A stretch of 64,000 nucleotides of DNA from Minisyncoccia bacterium. Lineage in GTDB: Bacteria; Patescibacteriota; Minisyncoccia; Phycocordibacterales; GWA1-40-21. Under the pieces are notes generated by a model, which did not search any database, was not told where the DNA came from, and was given only the letters and a program-made list of their open reading frames with translations. The DNA lies in the NCBI GenBank assembly GCA_049695975.1, contig JBAVTE010000012.1, positions 7,665-71,664 of the forward strand, read 5' to 3'. Below, piece after piece: positions 27,923-37,199 of the stretch (positions are counted from its first letter, which is position 1; each line of letters begins with the position of its first letter). The translations under genes were made by a program, and so were the position numbers.

Positions 27923-28345
27923 TTATTTTACATCAATACCCATTGATCTAGCTGCACCTTCTACCATTTTCATAGCACCTTCTATATCTACTGAGTTCAT
28001 ATCTACCATTTTCTTCTCAGCAATAGCCTTAACCTGTGCTTTTGTAAGATTTCCAACCTTAGATAAGTTTGGCTTTCCTGAACCTTTTTCTATACCAAGT
28101 GTTTTCAAAATCATACTCGATGTAGGTGGCTGTTTGAGCACAAAATCGTAAGTTCTGTCTTCATATACAGTAATAATAACCGGAAGAATATCACCTATTC
28201 TGTCTTTGCTGGCAGTATTAAATTTATTTACAAAATCTCCAATGTTTATTCCTGCTTGACCAAGAGCTGGCCCAATAGGAGGGGCCGGTGTGGCCTTTCC
28301 TGCTGGAATCTGAAGCTTCAACTTTTTCATTATTTTCTTTGCCAT
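27923..28345 (-). CDS. rplK: 50S ribosomal protein L11
   Basis: KLQIPAGKATPAPPIGPALGQAGINI N-terminal domain. Confidence 0.9.
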   Translation of the reverse strand: MAKKIMKKLKLQIPAGKATPAPPIGPALGQAGINIGDFVNKFNTASKDRIGDILPVIITVYEDRTYDFVLKQPPTSSMILKTLGIEKGSGKPNLSKVGNLTKAQVKAIAEKKMVDMNSVDIEGAMKMVEGAARSMGIDVK

Positions 28346-28413
28346 ATTTTTTAGTTTAATTATTTATTTCCGAGGCTTGATTAAAGTAGCAGAAAAGAGA
28401 CCTAAAGTAAAGG

Positions 28414-28959
28414 TTATACCTTTCTAATCTGTAAAAGATCGAGCTCTACAGATGTTTCTCTACCGAACATGAGAACCATTACTTTTGCCTTACCCTTTTC
28501 TCCATCTATCTCGTCTATTTTTCCTTCAAGGTCTTTAAATGGACCATCTGTAATCTTTATAATGTCACCAACCACAAAATCAACATTGTGTATGACTGTT
28601 TGACTATTCATATTACCTAAGAAAAAATCAACTTCTGATTTTGAAAGCGGAACGGGATACACTCCAGTACCAACAAATCCGGTAACTCGCGGAGTATTTC
28701 GAACTACGAACCATGAATCATCGGTGACTGTCATATCCACCAAAATATATCCTGGATAAACTTTGTTGTCTTGTTCTATTCTCTTTGCACCTTTAATTTT
28801 GATAACTTTTTCTATTGGGACAACCACATTAAAAATCTTATCCTGCATGTTTAAGGATTCAATTCTTTGTTTGAGGTTTCTTGCAACGGCATTTTCATAA
28901 CCAGCATAGGTATGAATAGCGTACCAATTCCTTCCTTCTTGTATAATTTGTTTTGCCAT
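28414..28959 (-). CDS. nusG: transcription termination/antitermination factor NusG
   Basis: NGN domain (WYAIHTYAGYENAV) and C-terminal KOW domain (GDIIKITDGPFKDLEGKI). Confidence 0.9.
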   Translation of the reverse strand: MAKQIIQEGRNWYAIHTYAGYENAVARNLKQRIESLNMQDKIFNVVVPIEKVIKIKGAKRIEQDNKVYPGYILVDMTVTDDSWFVVRNTPRVTGFVGTGVYPVPLSKSEVDFFLGNMNSQTVIHNVDFVVGDIIKITDGPFKDLEGKIDEIDGEKGKAKVMVLMFGRETSVELDLLQIRKV

Positions 28960-28970
28960 ATTTTAAAAAA

Positions 28971-29156
28971 CTAAAAGCCAATAAATTTTTGAAGTGTGAT
29001 TGAGAAAATGTAATCAAACAAACCAAGGTAGACAGAAACACCGACAGATACAAGGATAATAACTACTGTAAAAATAATGGTCTGTTGTCTTGTAGGCCAA
29101 CTCACGTGTTTCATTTCAGTTTTTGTCTCTAAAATATAATCAGTTAATTTTGACAT
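28971..29156 (-). CDS. secE: preprotein translocase subunit SecE
   Basis: 61 aa with a single TM helix; position immediately upstream of nusG-rplK. Confidence 0.7.
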   Translation of the reverse strand: MSKLTDYILETKTEMKHVSWPTRQQTIIFTVVIILVSVGVSVYLGLFDYIFSITLQKFIGF

Positions 29157-29177
29157 GAATTTTTTATTAAAATTTTT

Positions 29178-29207
29178 TGCTTATAAAAAACCGCCCCTTT
29201 GGGCGAC
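29178..29207 (-). terminator. terminator after the pilus operon (CGCCC-CTTT-GGGCG hairpin plus U-run on the minus strand)
   Basis: Short GC hairpin with TTTTTTAT on the minus strand between pilM and secE. Confidence 0.4.
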
Positions 29208-29238
29208 TATTTAATACTACACATTTTTTAGAAATAAG

Positions 29239-30564
29239 TCAAACATTCTTTAAAAACAAGTTGCTGATGAAATTTATATATTTATTAAAATATGGATTAA
29301 AATATTGATTAAAATAGTATGCAAAAACAAAGATGGTTATAACGATGATTATTAATAAAAGAACTAAAACTATGTAGCTATTCATCAGTAACGCAAATTT
29401 CGTAGTCTTCCTCAAATATCCGTCTTTAACCAAATCAATTTTACTAGAAGCTACAAAAAATTGCTTTGGAATTTGTTTTAAAAGATTGATACTGTGAAAT
29501 TCATTTGACGCTCCTATCATTGCAAGTCCCATAACATTTGCAAATAATACGGAATTTTTTCCTTGCTCGAGAAGGTTTTCTCTGCTGATATGACTTAATA
29601 AATCTCTATTTTCAATTGGTATATTAATTTTGCTTGAAAAATATTCATTTATTCCCGGCAAAAGAGATGAGCCACCAACTAAAATAATCTTTTCTATTTT
29701 TTGCCCTGTTTTTCCTTCATAATAAGTAATAATTTCAATCATTTCTGAGATAATCTCATCAAATTTTTTCCTTAAAATAGGGGCCACGCGATTTGAGGAT
29801 TCTTCCCTAAGCCCTTCAGCTATTTTTTCTCTTTCTGCTTCTTGAAAATCTATAGAAAGAACCTTCGATATTATTTCTGTAAAACTATCTCCTGCGATAT
29901 GATCCGTCACAGAAAGATTAATAACATCCTTGTTATTAAAAACTAAAATATTGGTAGATTTTGCACCAATATCAACGACAAGAGTATTTTCTTCCGTCCT
30001 ACCAAGCAATACCCTACCCAAACTCATTGATTCTACCTCTAAAGAAACAATCTCAAGACCTATAATATTGCAAAGTCTAATATAATCTTCTGCTACATCT
30101 TTTTCTATACCCACAAAAACAACAGATTGTTCAGCCTTTTCCAAAGAAGAATATGATTGAAAATCCCAATAAATTTCATTTATTTCTCGAGGAATTAATT
30201 CTGAAGCTTTTGACAATATAGTTTGTCGCAATTCCCCGTCTTTCATCTCTAGGGGTAAATTAAAATTGTGTATAAAAACCTTTGATTCGGGCAAAGACAA
30301 CACCACCCTATTTGTGGAAACCCTTTTTGGCTTCATATTTGCTAAAAGAACTCTTATTTTTTCCGCCAAAATTTCTATATCTACTATTTTACCATCTTCA
30401 ACTATTCCTCTATCGAGCTCGGCTCTTCCATAAGCTGTAACTTTAAAAGATAAAAATTTTGAAAACTCCAAAATCTCTATTGATTTGTCAGAAATATCCA
30501 TACCAAAAGCAGGATCTAACTTTATATTAAGAATCTCAAATATCTTCTTTTTTAATCTGCCCAT
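29239..30564 (-). CDS. pilM: type IV pilus assembly protein PilM (actin-like ATPase fold) with C-terminal TM segment (PilM-PilN-like fusion)
   Basis: FGMDISDKSIEILEF..., VLSLPESKVFIHNFNLP and ILVGGSSLLPGI; hydrophobic helix near the C-terminus. Start taken at MGRLKKK (30564) rather than the ORF-track 30675. Confidence 0.65.
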   Translation of the reverse strand: MGRLKKKIFEILNIKLDPAFGMDISDKSIEILEFSKFLSFKVTAYGRAELDRGIVEDGKIVDIEILAEKIRVLLANMKPKRVSTNRVVLSLPESKVFIHNFNLPLEMKDGELRQTILSKASELIPREINEIYWDFQSYSSLEKAEQSVVFVGIEKDVAEDYIRLCNIIGLEIVSLEVESMSLGRVLLGRTEENTLVVDIGAKSTNILVFNNKDVINLSVTDHIAGDSFTEIISKVLSIDFQEAEREKIAEGLREESSNRVAPILRKKFDEIISEMIEIITYYEGKTGQKIEKIILVGGSSLLPGINEYFSSKINIPIENRDLLSHISRENLLEQGKNSVLFANVMGLAMIGASNEFHSINLLKQIPKQFFVASSKIDLVKDGYLRKTTKFALLMNSYIVLVLLLIIIVITIFVFAYYFNQYFNPYFNKYINFISNLFLKNV

Positions 30565-30613
30565 TACAAGAAGAATAACACGGGGAAGATAAAAAATAAA
30601 GATATTTAGGAGT

Positions 30614-31012
30614 TTATATTTCCGTCCAATGGTCCAGCACGATCCTAGGCGTAGTAGTACTAACTCCGATCTCAAAATTTTCAGAATATCCGGAAATAGT
30701 GCTAGATGCCGTAAATGTCATAATTCCTCCAATATTTGTTATGGAAGAAATAAAACAAGAATTACCATCAAAGGTTAAAATTTCTCCTCCAGCATAACTT
30801 GAAGTAGCTACCAAACTTACTAATGCTTTTTCCACACAAGAATTTGCTACACTCCACGCAGTATAAAAATATTGTTCTCCCAAAGAAGAGTTCACTTCAT
30901 CAATGGATCTTGAAACAGTTCCAACAGAAACAAGCAGAATGATTGCATTGATAACTAAAACACCAAGAAGTGCCACGAATCCGCGTTTATTTAAATATTT
31001 ATTATTAATCAT
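30614..31012 (-). CDS. hypothetical pilus-operon membrane protein (pseudopilin-like N-terminus lacking Glu5)
   Basis: KRGFVALLGVLVINAIILLV hydrophobic N-terminus; Ser/Thr-rich remainder. Confidence 0.3.
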   Translation of the reverse strand: MINNKYLNKRGFVALLGVLVINAIILLVSVGTVSRSIDEVNSSLGEQYFYTAWSVANSCVEKALVSLVATSSYAGGEILTFDGNSCFISSITNIGGIMTFTASSTISGYSENFEIGVSTTTPRIVLDHWTEI

Positions 31013-32172
31013 CTTTTTCTAACTTTTACGGTGGTAGTAAAGGTTCTCTCAACCTTATATTCTTGTGTTTCTCCCTCATTTCTTGCTTTGACCGTCATCT
31101 CTATTTTCAAAGAACCAAACAAAGTATTAAGAAAACCTGTAAGAGTGGTAAATCTTAAACTTGTTACTTCGACTTTGTTCGAAGTTATCCTACCTGGTGT
31201 TCCATTTACCCCTTCTTTTATCCACAAAATCCCATCTTGTAAATAAAATGTGGTTGGATTTTTTGCTGGGTTTGACATTTCGAGAGAAAGCATTGGGGTA
31301 GTAGAACTAATTAAAGTTGTTGCACCAAAAATATCAATTGCGGTAGCAGGACTAACTGTACTTGAATTGACTGTAACATCGTTTGATGGATTCAATATCT
31401 CTAAATCAACAGTTTGACCCATAATCAATGGATCATAACCAGTAATGTCATACTTAATGTAAATACAAACTTTGTTTGGAAATTCAAAGGAGCTGACATT
31501 CATCGTTCCAGTAATTGAGATAACATTAGAAAAAAATGAAGATCCCCCGGGATTAAACAAAGTCGCCCCAGACGGAAAACTGGTGGAACAAGTTTCTTCT
31601 TTTTTGTAATACAATTGCAAATTCGCCAAATTTGTATCAGCATTAAGCGATCCTTTTTGCGTTATCACGATTCTGGAAACAATAGTTGAACTAGCAGACT
31701 TATTAAATGTAAAACTTCCGCCCAAGAAAATTCCAGACAAAGGATACGTCGTTGTTGAAACTTGTGAACCAACAGAAGAAACGACTATCGGCGTTTCAGG
31801 TACTGCTGGTGGATAACCTAGATTCAAGGTTTTACCATAATTTAAATAAATAGAACCTGAATAGGTTGAAAAAACATTCAATTGATTTGCCCCAAAGTCA
31901 TCATCTATTGTGGCATTTGACACACTATCACCATTAAAAAAAACCACGTCAAATATATTTGGTGTTCCCAATGGGGACCAGTTCGATCCGATATTTAATA
32001 AACCGCTTCCTAACCAATACTTATCGGTAGCAAAAGAAAACTGAACAAAAATAAAAAAAAAGAAAAAAATTCCTGTAATCAAAATTGGTTTTATTTTAAA
32101 TTCTTTTTTCATTTTTTTATTTCTTCCTCGTTGTCGTAGCGGGCGCAATGTTTTGCCCTGAGAGACTTCCAT
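31009..32172 (-). CDS. hypothetical pilus-operon secreted/membrane protein
   Basis: 387 aa with an N-terminal TM (ILITGIFFFFFIFVQFSFA); beta-rich, Ser/Thr/Asn-rich. Confidence 0.35.
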   Translation of the reverse strand: MEVSQGKTLRPLRQRGRNKKMKKEFKIKPILITGIFFFFFIFVQFSFATDKYWLGSGLLNIGSNWSPLGTPNIFDVVFFNGDSVSNATIDDDFGANQLNVFSTYSGSIYLNYGKTLNLGYPPAVPETPIVVSSVGSQVSTTTYPLSGIFLGGSFTFNKSASSTIVSRIVITQKGSLNADTNLANLQLYYKKEETCSTSFPSGATLFNPGGSSFFSNVISITGTMNVSSFEFPNKVCIYIKYDITGYDPLIMGQTVDLEILNPSNDVTVNSSTVSPATAIDIFGATTLISSTTPMLSLEMSNPAKNPTTFYLQDGILWIKEGVNGTPGRITSNKVEVTSLRFTTLTGFLNTLFGSLKIEMTVKARNEGETQEYKVERTFTTTVKVRKR

Positions 32173-32323
32173 TGATGAAATCAGTTATCATTGTAATATT
32201 TTTAGTATTTTGATCAATTTTTGCGTTCATTTTATATACTACATATCCAAAATATACTGTTACCGATATTAAAATTCCCAGAATGAAGGCAACTATTGCT
32301 GTTGCGATGATTTCTTTTTTCAT
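32117..32323 (-). CDS. small single-pass membrane protein
   Basis: 68 aa with one TM; overlaps the start of the previous ORF, so the call is uncertain. Confidence 0.2.
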   Translation of the reverse strand: MKKEIIATAIVAFILGILISVTVYFGYVVYKMNAKIDQNTKNITMITDFINGSLSGQNIAPATTTRKK

Positions 32324-32416
32324 AATATTTAAATTATAATATTTTTATTACGTATTAAAATTATATAATTAATATAATTTCTACAATTACTGAACTTCAT
32401 TATTTATCTTTTATAA

Positions 32417-34804
32417 TTAATTCCCTGATATATCACCATAATAACCAATAGTAATATATTTTGAATAACTTCCAAGATTTATAGAAATAGTTCCAGAATC
32501 TTCTGTAGATGACCAGTAATCTCCACTGGAAAAACCGACCCATTGTGCGGAATAGCTTCCTGTGTTTACAGTATTTTTTTGATTGTACATTGCATACAAC
32601 TGATCTCTTGCGGGCAAATACCAATCAGTATATCCTCCGTAATCTAAATCTGAACATATTTTAGCCGCAATACCTTCTGTAGAACAAGCCCCTATTATAG
32701 CTGTAGTATTTCCAGATCCATTTGAAGTAGATTGGGATCCCAAACCTATGACTGTTCCGTCGCACCCCCAAGATGCACCAGATGAATTATTCATTGGAGA
32801 AATATAAAGAGATGAATCATTATAAGCAACAAATGGTAGAGTCCCCCACCAATTATAAGTTCCACTCCACGTCGCAGTACCACCTGCCCCGTCTCTAGCA
32901 CACAAATACAAAGTCGTTCCTCCAACAGGAGCATTTAAAACAGCGCCATTTGTAGTCACTGTGCCACCTGTAGTACAAGCTCCATTCATTGTATTGCTAC
33001 CAAAGTTGTAACGAACTTCGGTCAAACCTGAACCACCAGTATCGCTCGCTGAGATTGTAGCGGTTCTTGGGGAAAAATACCAAGCAACATCAGAATTATT
33101 CGCGCTTATACTTGGGATAGTGGAATCAATATTATTTACCGGAGAATTACAAGTTGTCATATTGCCAGAATTGTCTGAAATACCTACAGTGCAAGTGTTT
33201 CCGTTTGAGCTTGTTGTGGTACAATTTCCGCCTGCAATATTTATTCCACTACCACCAATATCCGTTGATCCAGACAAAGTGAAAGCTTGAGTACCAGAAG
33301 TTCTCCAAGTACTAGAAGTAGGTGACCAAGTACCGCAGGTTGGAGGAGTAGAGTCTCCCCAATTGTAAACACCACTCCAAGTTGCAGTACTACCAACACC
33401 GTCTCTAGCACACAAATACAAAGTCGTTCCTCCAACAGGAGCATTTAAAACAGCGCCATTTGTAGTCACTGTGCCACCTGTAGTACAAGCTCCATTCATT
33501 GTATTGTTACCAAAGTTGTAACGAACTTCGGTCAAACCTGAACCACCAGTATCGCTCGCTGAGATTGTAGCGGTTCTTTGAGAGCTGTACCAAGTACTGG
33601 AATTATTATTTGCAGAAACACTTGGAGCTGTAGAATCAATATTATTTATTGGAGAGGTACAAACCGTAGTTCTATTCACGTTATCAGATACTGTAACAGT
33701 ACAAGTATTTCCATTTCCAGATCCTGTTGTACAAGAACCACCAGCAACATTTATTCCGCTCTGGCTATCCGTTGACCCAGACAAAGTAAAGGTTTGAGTA
33801 CCAGAAGTTCTCCAAGTACTAGAAGTAGGTGACCAAGAACCGCAAACTGGAGCTGTAGTATCAACCAAGTTTCCTGGAGAAGTACAAGCTGCCGTATTGC
33901 CAGCATTGTCTGAAATATTGACATTGCAGATATTTCCATAAGCACCACCTGTTGTACAAGAACCTCCCGCTATACTTATTCCACTACCTCCACTATCTGT
34001 GGAATTGGATAATGTAAAAGCTTGACCCCCAGAAGATTTCCAAGGACTAAAAGCAGGAGACCATGTACCGCAGGTTGGTACTGTATTTTCCCAGTTGTAA
34101 GTTGCGATGGCAGATACTCCTTGCCCTGAGTTATAGTTGTCTAAATTATCCTTTGCGCACATATATACTCTTGCCCCTCCAGCAGGAGGATAAATAACGG
34201 TACCAGCAAGAGAATAAACAGGGTCGCCATCAGAACAAGGTTTAGGATTCACACCAAAATTATAAGGTCCATACATGTAATGAGCATAAGATATACCAGA
34301 ACCACCATCGCTTGCAGATAATACTGCAGATATTTGAGAATTAAACCAAGCGCCAGAACTATTACTTGCATATACATTAGGAGCTGTCACATCATAATTA
34401 AATGTTGCGTAATTACTAACAACATAGCCCGAGGGACTATAATATGCTGCAAATCTCATATTATTCATAGTCTGCCCCCAATCTAAAGTGGCGTAACATG
34501 CACCAACACCGCAACCCATTCCAGCAGAATAAGCCACCTGCTGCCAAGCACCGCCGTTAATAGAAGAATAACAAGCGTTACCCCCAACTGGTGTAAAATC
34601 TACACACGAGCCCATCGTTGTTACCCCACGAAACCAACTCCCATTACCACCACCGCCGTAGATTGTACCATTAGCCATTACAGGATTGCTAATAGAATAA
34701 GCAAAAGCAGACTGAGCAAAAGCAAAAGAAAATAAAAATATCCCCAAAAGCGCGAGTAGTTTAATTTTGTTTGCTTTGATTTTCATTTTAATTTGAAACT
34801 CCAT
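32417..34804 (-). CDS. large secreted repetitive adhesin-like protein (tandem Cys-containing repeats; C-terminal Lcl/DUF1566-like domain GYTDWYLPARDQL)
   Basis: 795 aa with a signal peptide. Three CGTWSPTSSTWRTSGTQ(A)FTLSGSTD repeats. Two near-identical 170-aa repeats contain about 190 nt of identical DNA (32.90-33.08 kb and 33.41-33.59 kb). Confidence 0.6.
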   Translation of the reverse strand: MEFQIKMKIKANKIKLLALLGIFLFSFAFAQSAFAYSISNPVMANGTIYGGGGNGSWFRGVTTMGSCVDFTPVGGNACYSSINGGAWQQVAYSAGMGCGVGACYATLDWGQTMNNMRFAAYYSPSGYVVSNYATFNYDVTAPNVYASNSSGAWFNSQISAVLSASDGGSGISYAHYMYGPYNFGVNPKPCSDGDPVYSLAGTVIYPPAGGARVYMCAKDNLDNYNSGQGVSAIATYNWENTVPTCGTWSPAFSPWKSSGGQAFTLSNSTDSGGSGISIAGGSCTTGGAYGNICNVNISDNAGNTAACTSPGNLVDTTAPVCGSWSPTSSTWRTSGTQTFTLSGSTDSQSGINVAGGSCTTGSGNGNTCTVTVSDNVNRTTVCTSPINNIDSTAPSVSANNNSSTWYSSQRTATISASDTGGSGLTEVRYNFGNNTMNGACTTGGTVTTNGAVLNAPVGGTTLYLCARDGVGSTATWSGVYNWGDSTPPTCGTWSPTSSTWRTSGTQAFTLSGSTDIGGSGINIAGGNCTTTSSNGNTCTVGISDNSGNMTTCNSPVNNIDSTIPSISANNSDVAWYFSPRTATISASDTGGSGLTEVRYNFGSNTMNGACTTGGTVTTNGAVLNAPVGGTTLYLCARDGAGGTATWSGTYNWWGTLPFVAYNDSSLYISPMNNSSGASWGCDGTVIGLGSQSTSNGSGNTTAIIGACSTEGIAAKICSDLDYGGYTDWYLPARDQLYAMYNQKNTVNTGSYSAQWVGFSSGDYWSSTEDSGTISINLGSYSKYITIGYYGDISGN

Positions 34805-35036
34805 TTATTTTTTCTGCATTACCCACCATATTTGAAATTTTTTGTATTGCATAATTGCCATTATCTTTTACGTCTTGAATAGAATTAAATTTTGTTCCAC
34901 CTGAAAGCACATTGAATCCTATAGCAACGATAAGACCAAGAAGAACAGTGGTAAGAGCAAGATAAATCAAAAACTCAATTAATGTAAACCCTGCAGTGAA
35001 CTTTTGTTTAGAGATTTTTACTGTTTTTATTTTCAT
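34788..35036 (-). CDS. prepilin-type N-terminal cleavage/methylation domain protein (minor pilin)
   Basis: KFTAGFTLIEFLIYLALT class III signal (G/FTLIE). Confidence 0.6.
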   Translation of the reverse strand: MKIKTVKISKQKFTAGFTLIEFLIYLALTTVLLGLIVAIGFNVLSGGTKFNSIQDVKDNGNYAIQKISNMVGNAEKINGVSN

Positions 35037-35069
35037 TTTCCCTATATTATTATAACATTTTATCCAAGA

Positions 35070-35498
35070 TTACCAATTGGTAAGATATGTTATCAATTGA
35101 ACTTGATTAACTTTTGTTTCAGTAAAATTCCAACTTACTGTACTAGTGACTTTGCTTGTGGTAGCGGTAGTGGTAGAAATGGAAATTATTCTTGTGTAGT
35201 GGTTTTCCTCTAGAGTTGATGAACCGGAAAAACTCCATCTCCCATCAATTATTGAAACGCCATGATTACCAACATTTTCACCAACTAAATTTGAAAAACT
35301 TTGATCGCGAATAGATTTCATCGCTTCTATTCCCTCTTTAGCATAAAGCAGGGCTTTTGAACTTTCCTCTGCATATCTCATAGTAATACCGGCATTTATC
35401 ACAAGTAACGCCACTACAATACTTCCAGCTGTAAAAATAGCAATGGCAAGCAATATTTCAAGTAAACTATTTCCTTTTTTTAATTTATTTCTTATCAC
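35070..35498 (-). CDS. type IV pilin-like protein
   Basis: KKGNSLLEILLAIAIF: Gly at -1 and Glu at +5 of a class III signal. Confidence 0.55.
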   Translation of the reverse strand: MIRNKLKKGNSLLEILLAIAIFTAGSIVVALLVINAGITMRYAEESSKALLYAKEGIEAMKSIRDQSFSNLVGENVGNHGVSIIDGRWSFSGSSTLEENHYTRIISISTTTATTSKVTSTVSWNFTETKVNQVQLITYLTNW

Positions 35499-35615
35499 CC
35501 CATTAAAAATTTTAACTTATAATTTATGTTGACTTTGTTAAATCCTGTTGATTTTTAATCTTATTTTTATCTTTTGAACTATGCGTTTATTTCTAACAAT
35601 ATATACTTAAATTTA

Positions 35616-36086
35616 CTAACGGACACAACGCACAAAGTAGTTATTGGACTTGGATCCACGATACACATAGTCGTTTTGAAAAGATACAAGCCAAGAAGAA
35701 CTACCGGGAACAGTGGAGCTGGAAACAATACCAGTTCCACGACCAAATATTACTTCGTCCATACCTGTAATAGAAATCTCTGAATCCATGGGAAATACCT
35801 GATCTAATGCAACCACCCTTGCACTATAACTATCTCCTTGAAAAATTGTATAAGTATGCAATACATCGTCAAACTTTACTCCAAAAGAACTGTTATTTTT
35901 ATTTGTCATAGCGGCAGATTTTGCTTGATTTAAGGCTGATATCATTTCTTGTTGTGTGTTTAGAAGTATATTTAATTTATAATAATTTGTTTGAACTGGT
36001 AAAAGTAAAATAGCACTTGTCACCATCATAGCTATTACTATACCTAGTTCTATTAATGTAAAACCTTTTCGTTTGTTTTTAGTCAT
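35616..36086 (-). CDS. type IV pilin-like protein
   Basis: KRKGFTLIELGIVIAMMV canonical prepilin leader. Confidence 0.75.
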   Translation of the reverse strand: MTKNKRKGFTLIELGIVIAMMVTSAILLLPVQTNYYKLNILLNTQQEMISALNQAKSAAMTNKNNSSFGVKFDDVLHTYTIFQGDSYSARVVALDQVFPMDSEISITGMDEVIFGRGTGIVSSSTVPGSSSWLVSFQNDYVYRGSKSNNYFVRCVR

Positions 36087-36145
36087 TTTTTCTCTATTAA
36101 AATATTATAACATTCCATGACAAAATTACCATCATGTGGTACGAA

Positions 36146-37195
36146 TTATTTAGTGAAACTTCCTGTAAGACTATAAATAGGAAGAACGATGGATATTGCC
36201 ACCGCCCCTACTGCGATACCTATGATAACAAGAAGAATGGGCTCAATAACAGTAGGAAGATTTTTTGTTTTAGTTATAATTTCCTTTGAATAAAACTCTG
36301 AAAGATTCTTAAAAGACAATTGCAAGGTACCTGTGTGTTCTCCGACAGAAACAATATTAACAAAATTAGGCGGGTATAACTTAGGATATAATTTTACGGA
36401 TTCTGTAAAACTAATACCTTGTGTGATTTTTTCTAAAATATTTTTTAAAGAATCAAGATAGTTTAAATTTGTTGTTCCTAAAAGAGAAACATTTATAGCT
36501 TCGTTTATAGACATTCCACTTCTTAATAATGTGGAAGTTAATTGTGAGAAAAGAGCAAGTTCATAGCAAATGACGAGATTTCCAATAAAAGGTAAACTAA
36601 GATAAAAAGATTGGAGTTTTTTCTTTATAGACCTTACCCTATTTAAAAGTATCCATAGAATCCAAATACAAATAAAACCCGCGGTAATTAGAAGCCATTC
36701 TTTGCCGATAAATGTTGATATCGCTAAAATTATTTTTGTTATAAGGGGTAATTTTATGTTCATACTACTAAAAATAGGAACAAGTTTTGGTAAAATAAAA
36801 ATAGTAAGTCCCCCACCCAGAATCACAGTCGCAATCAAAACTATTTTTGGATATAGAAGAACTGAACTTATTTCTTTTTTTAAGGAGTTATTTCTATCAA
36901 GCCAATCTGAAAGAAAATCAAGATTACCTTCAAGGGTTCCGCTTGATTCCCCTGCACGAATAACACTAGTAAAAACATTACCGAACCTTTTTTCTTCTTT
37001 TTTAAGAGATTCCGAAAGTGAAATACCAGATTCTAGATCATTTTTTAGGGATTCTAAGACTTTTTTCATTTCCCCAGATTTGGTTTGATACAAAAGAGCT
37101 TTGACAGCTTCGTTGATGGTCATACTACCTTTTAGCATCACTGCTAAGTTTTTTGCAAAATCTATTTTTTCTTGTGGAGAAATACTATTGAACAT
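36146..37195 (-). CDS. pilC: type IV pilus platform protein PilC (GspF family)
   Basis: Polytopic membrane protein with T2SSF-type repeats; follows pilB. Confidence 0.8.
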   Translation of the reverse strand: MFNSISPQEKIDFAKNLAVMLKGSMTINEAVKALLYQTKSGEMKKVLESLKNDLESGISLSESLKKEEKRFGNVFTSVIRAGESSGTLEGNLDFLSDWLDRNNSLKKEISSVLLYPKIVLIATVILGGGLTIFILPKLVPIFSSMNIKLPLITKIILAISTFIGKEWLLITAGFICIWILWILLNRVRSIKKKLQSFYLSLPFIGNLVICYELALFSQLTSTLLRSGMSINEAINVSLLGTTNLNYLDSLKNILEKITQGISFTESVKLYPKLYPPNFVNIVSVGEHTGTLQLSFKNLSEFYSKEIITKTKNLPTVIEPILLVIIGIAVGAVAISIVLPIYSLTGSFTK

Positions 37196-37199
37196 AATT

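Noticed and set aside
32417-34804. Tandem repeats in the 32-35 kb region as a possible CRISPR array
   Set aside because: The repeats are long (hundreds of nt), in-frame protein-coding repeats of a signal-peptide-bearing ORF, with no short direct repeat/spacer periodicity and no cas genes nearby.
32417-34804. Adhesin repeats as a diversity-generating retroelement target
   Set aside because: No reverse transcriptase or template-repeat/variable-repeat pair with adenine-specific differences is visible in the window; the two repeats are essentially identical rather than A-mutagenised.
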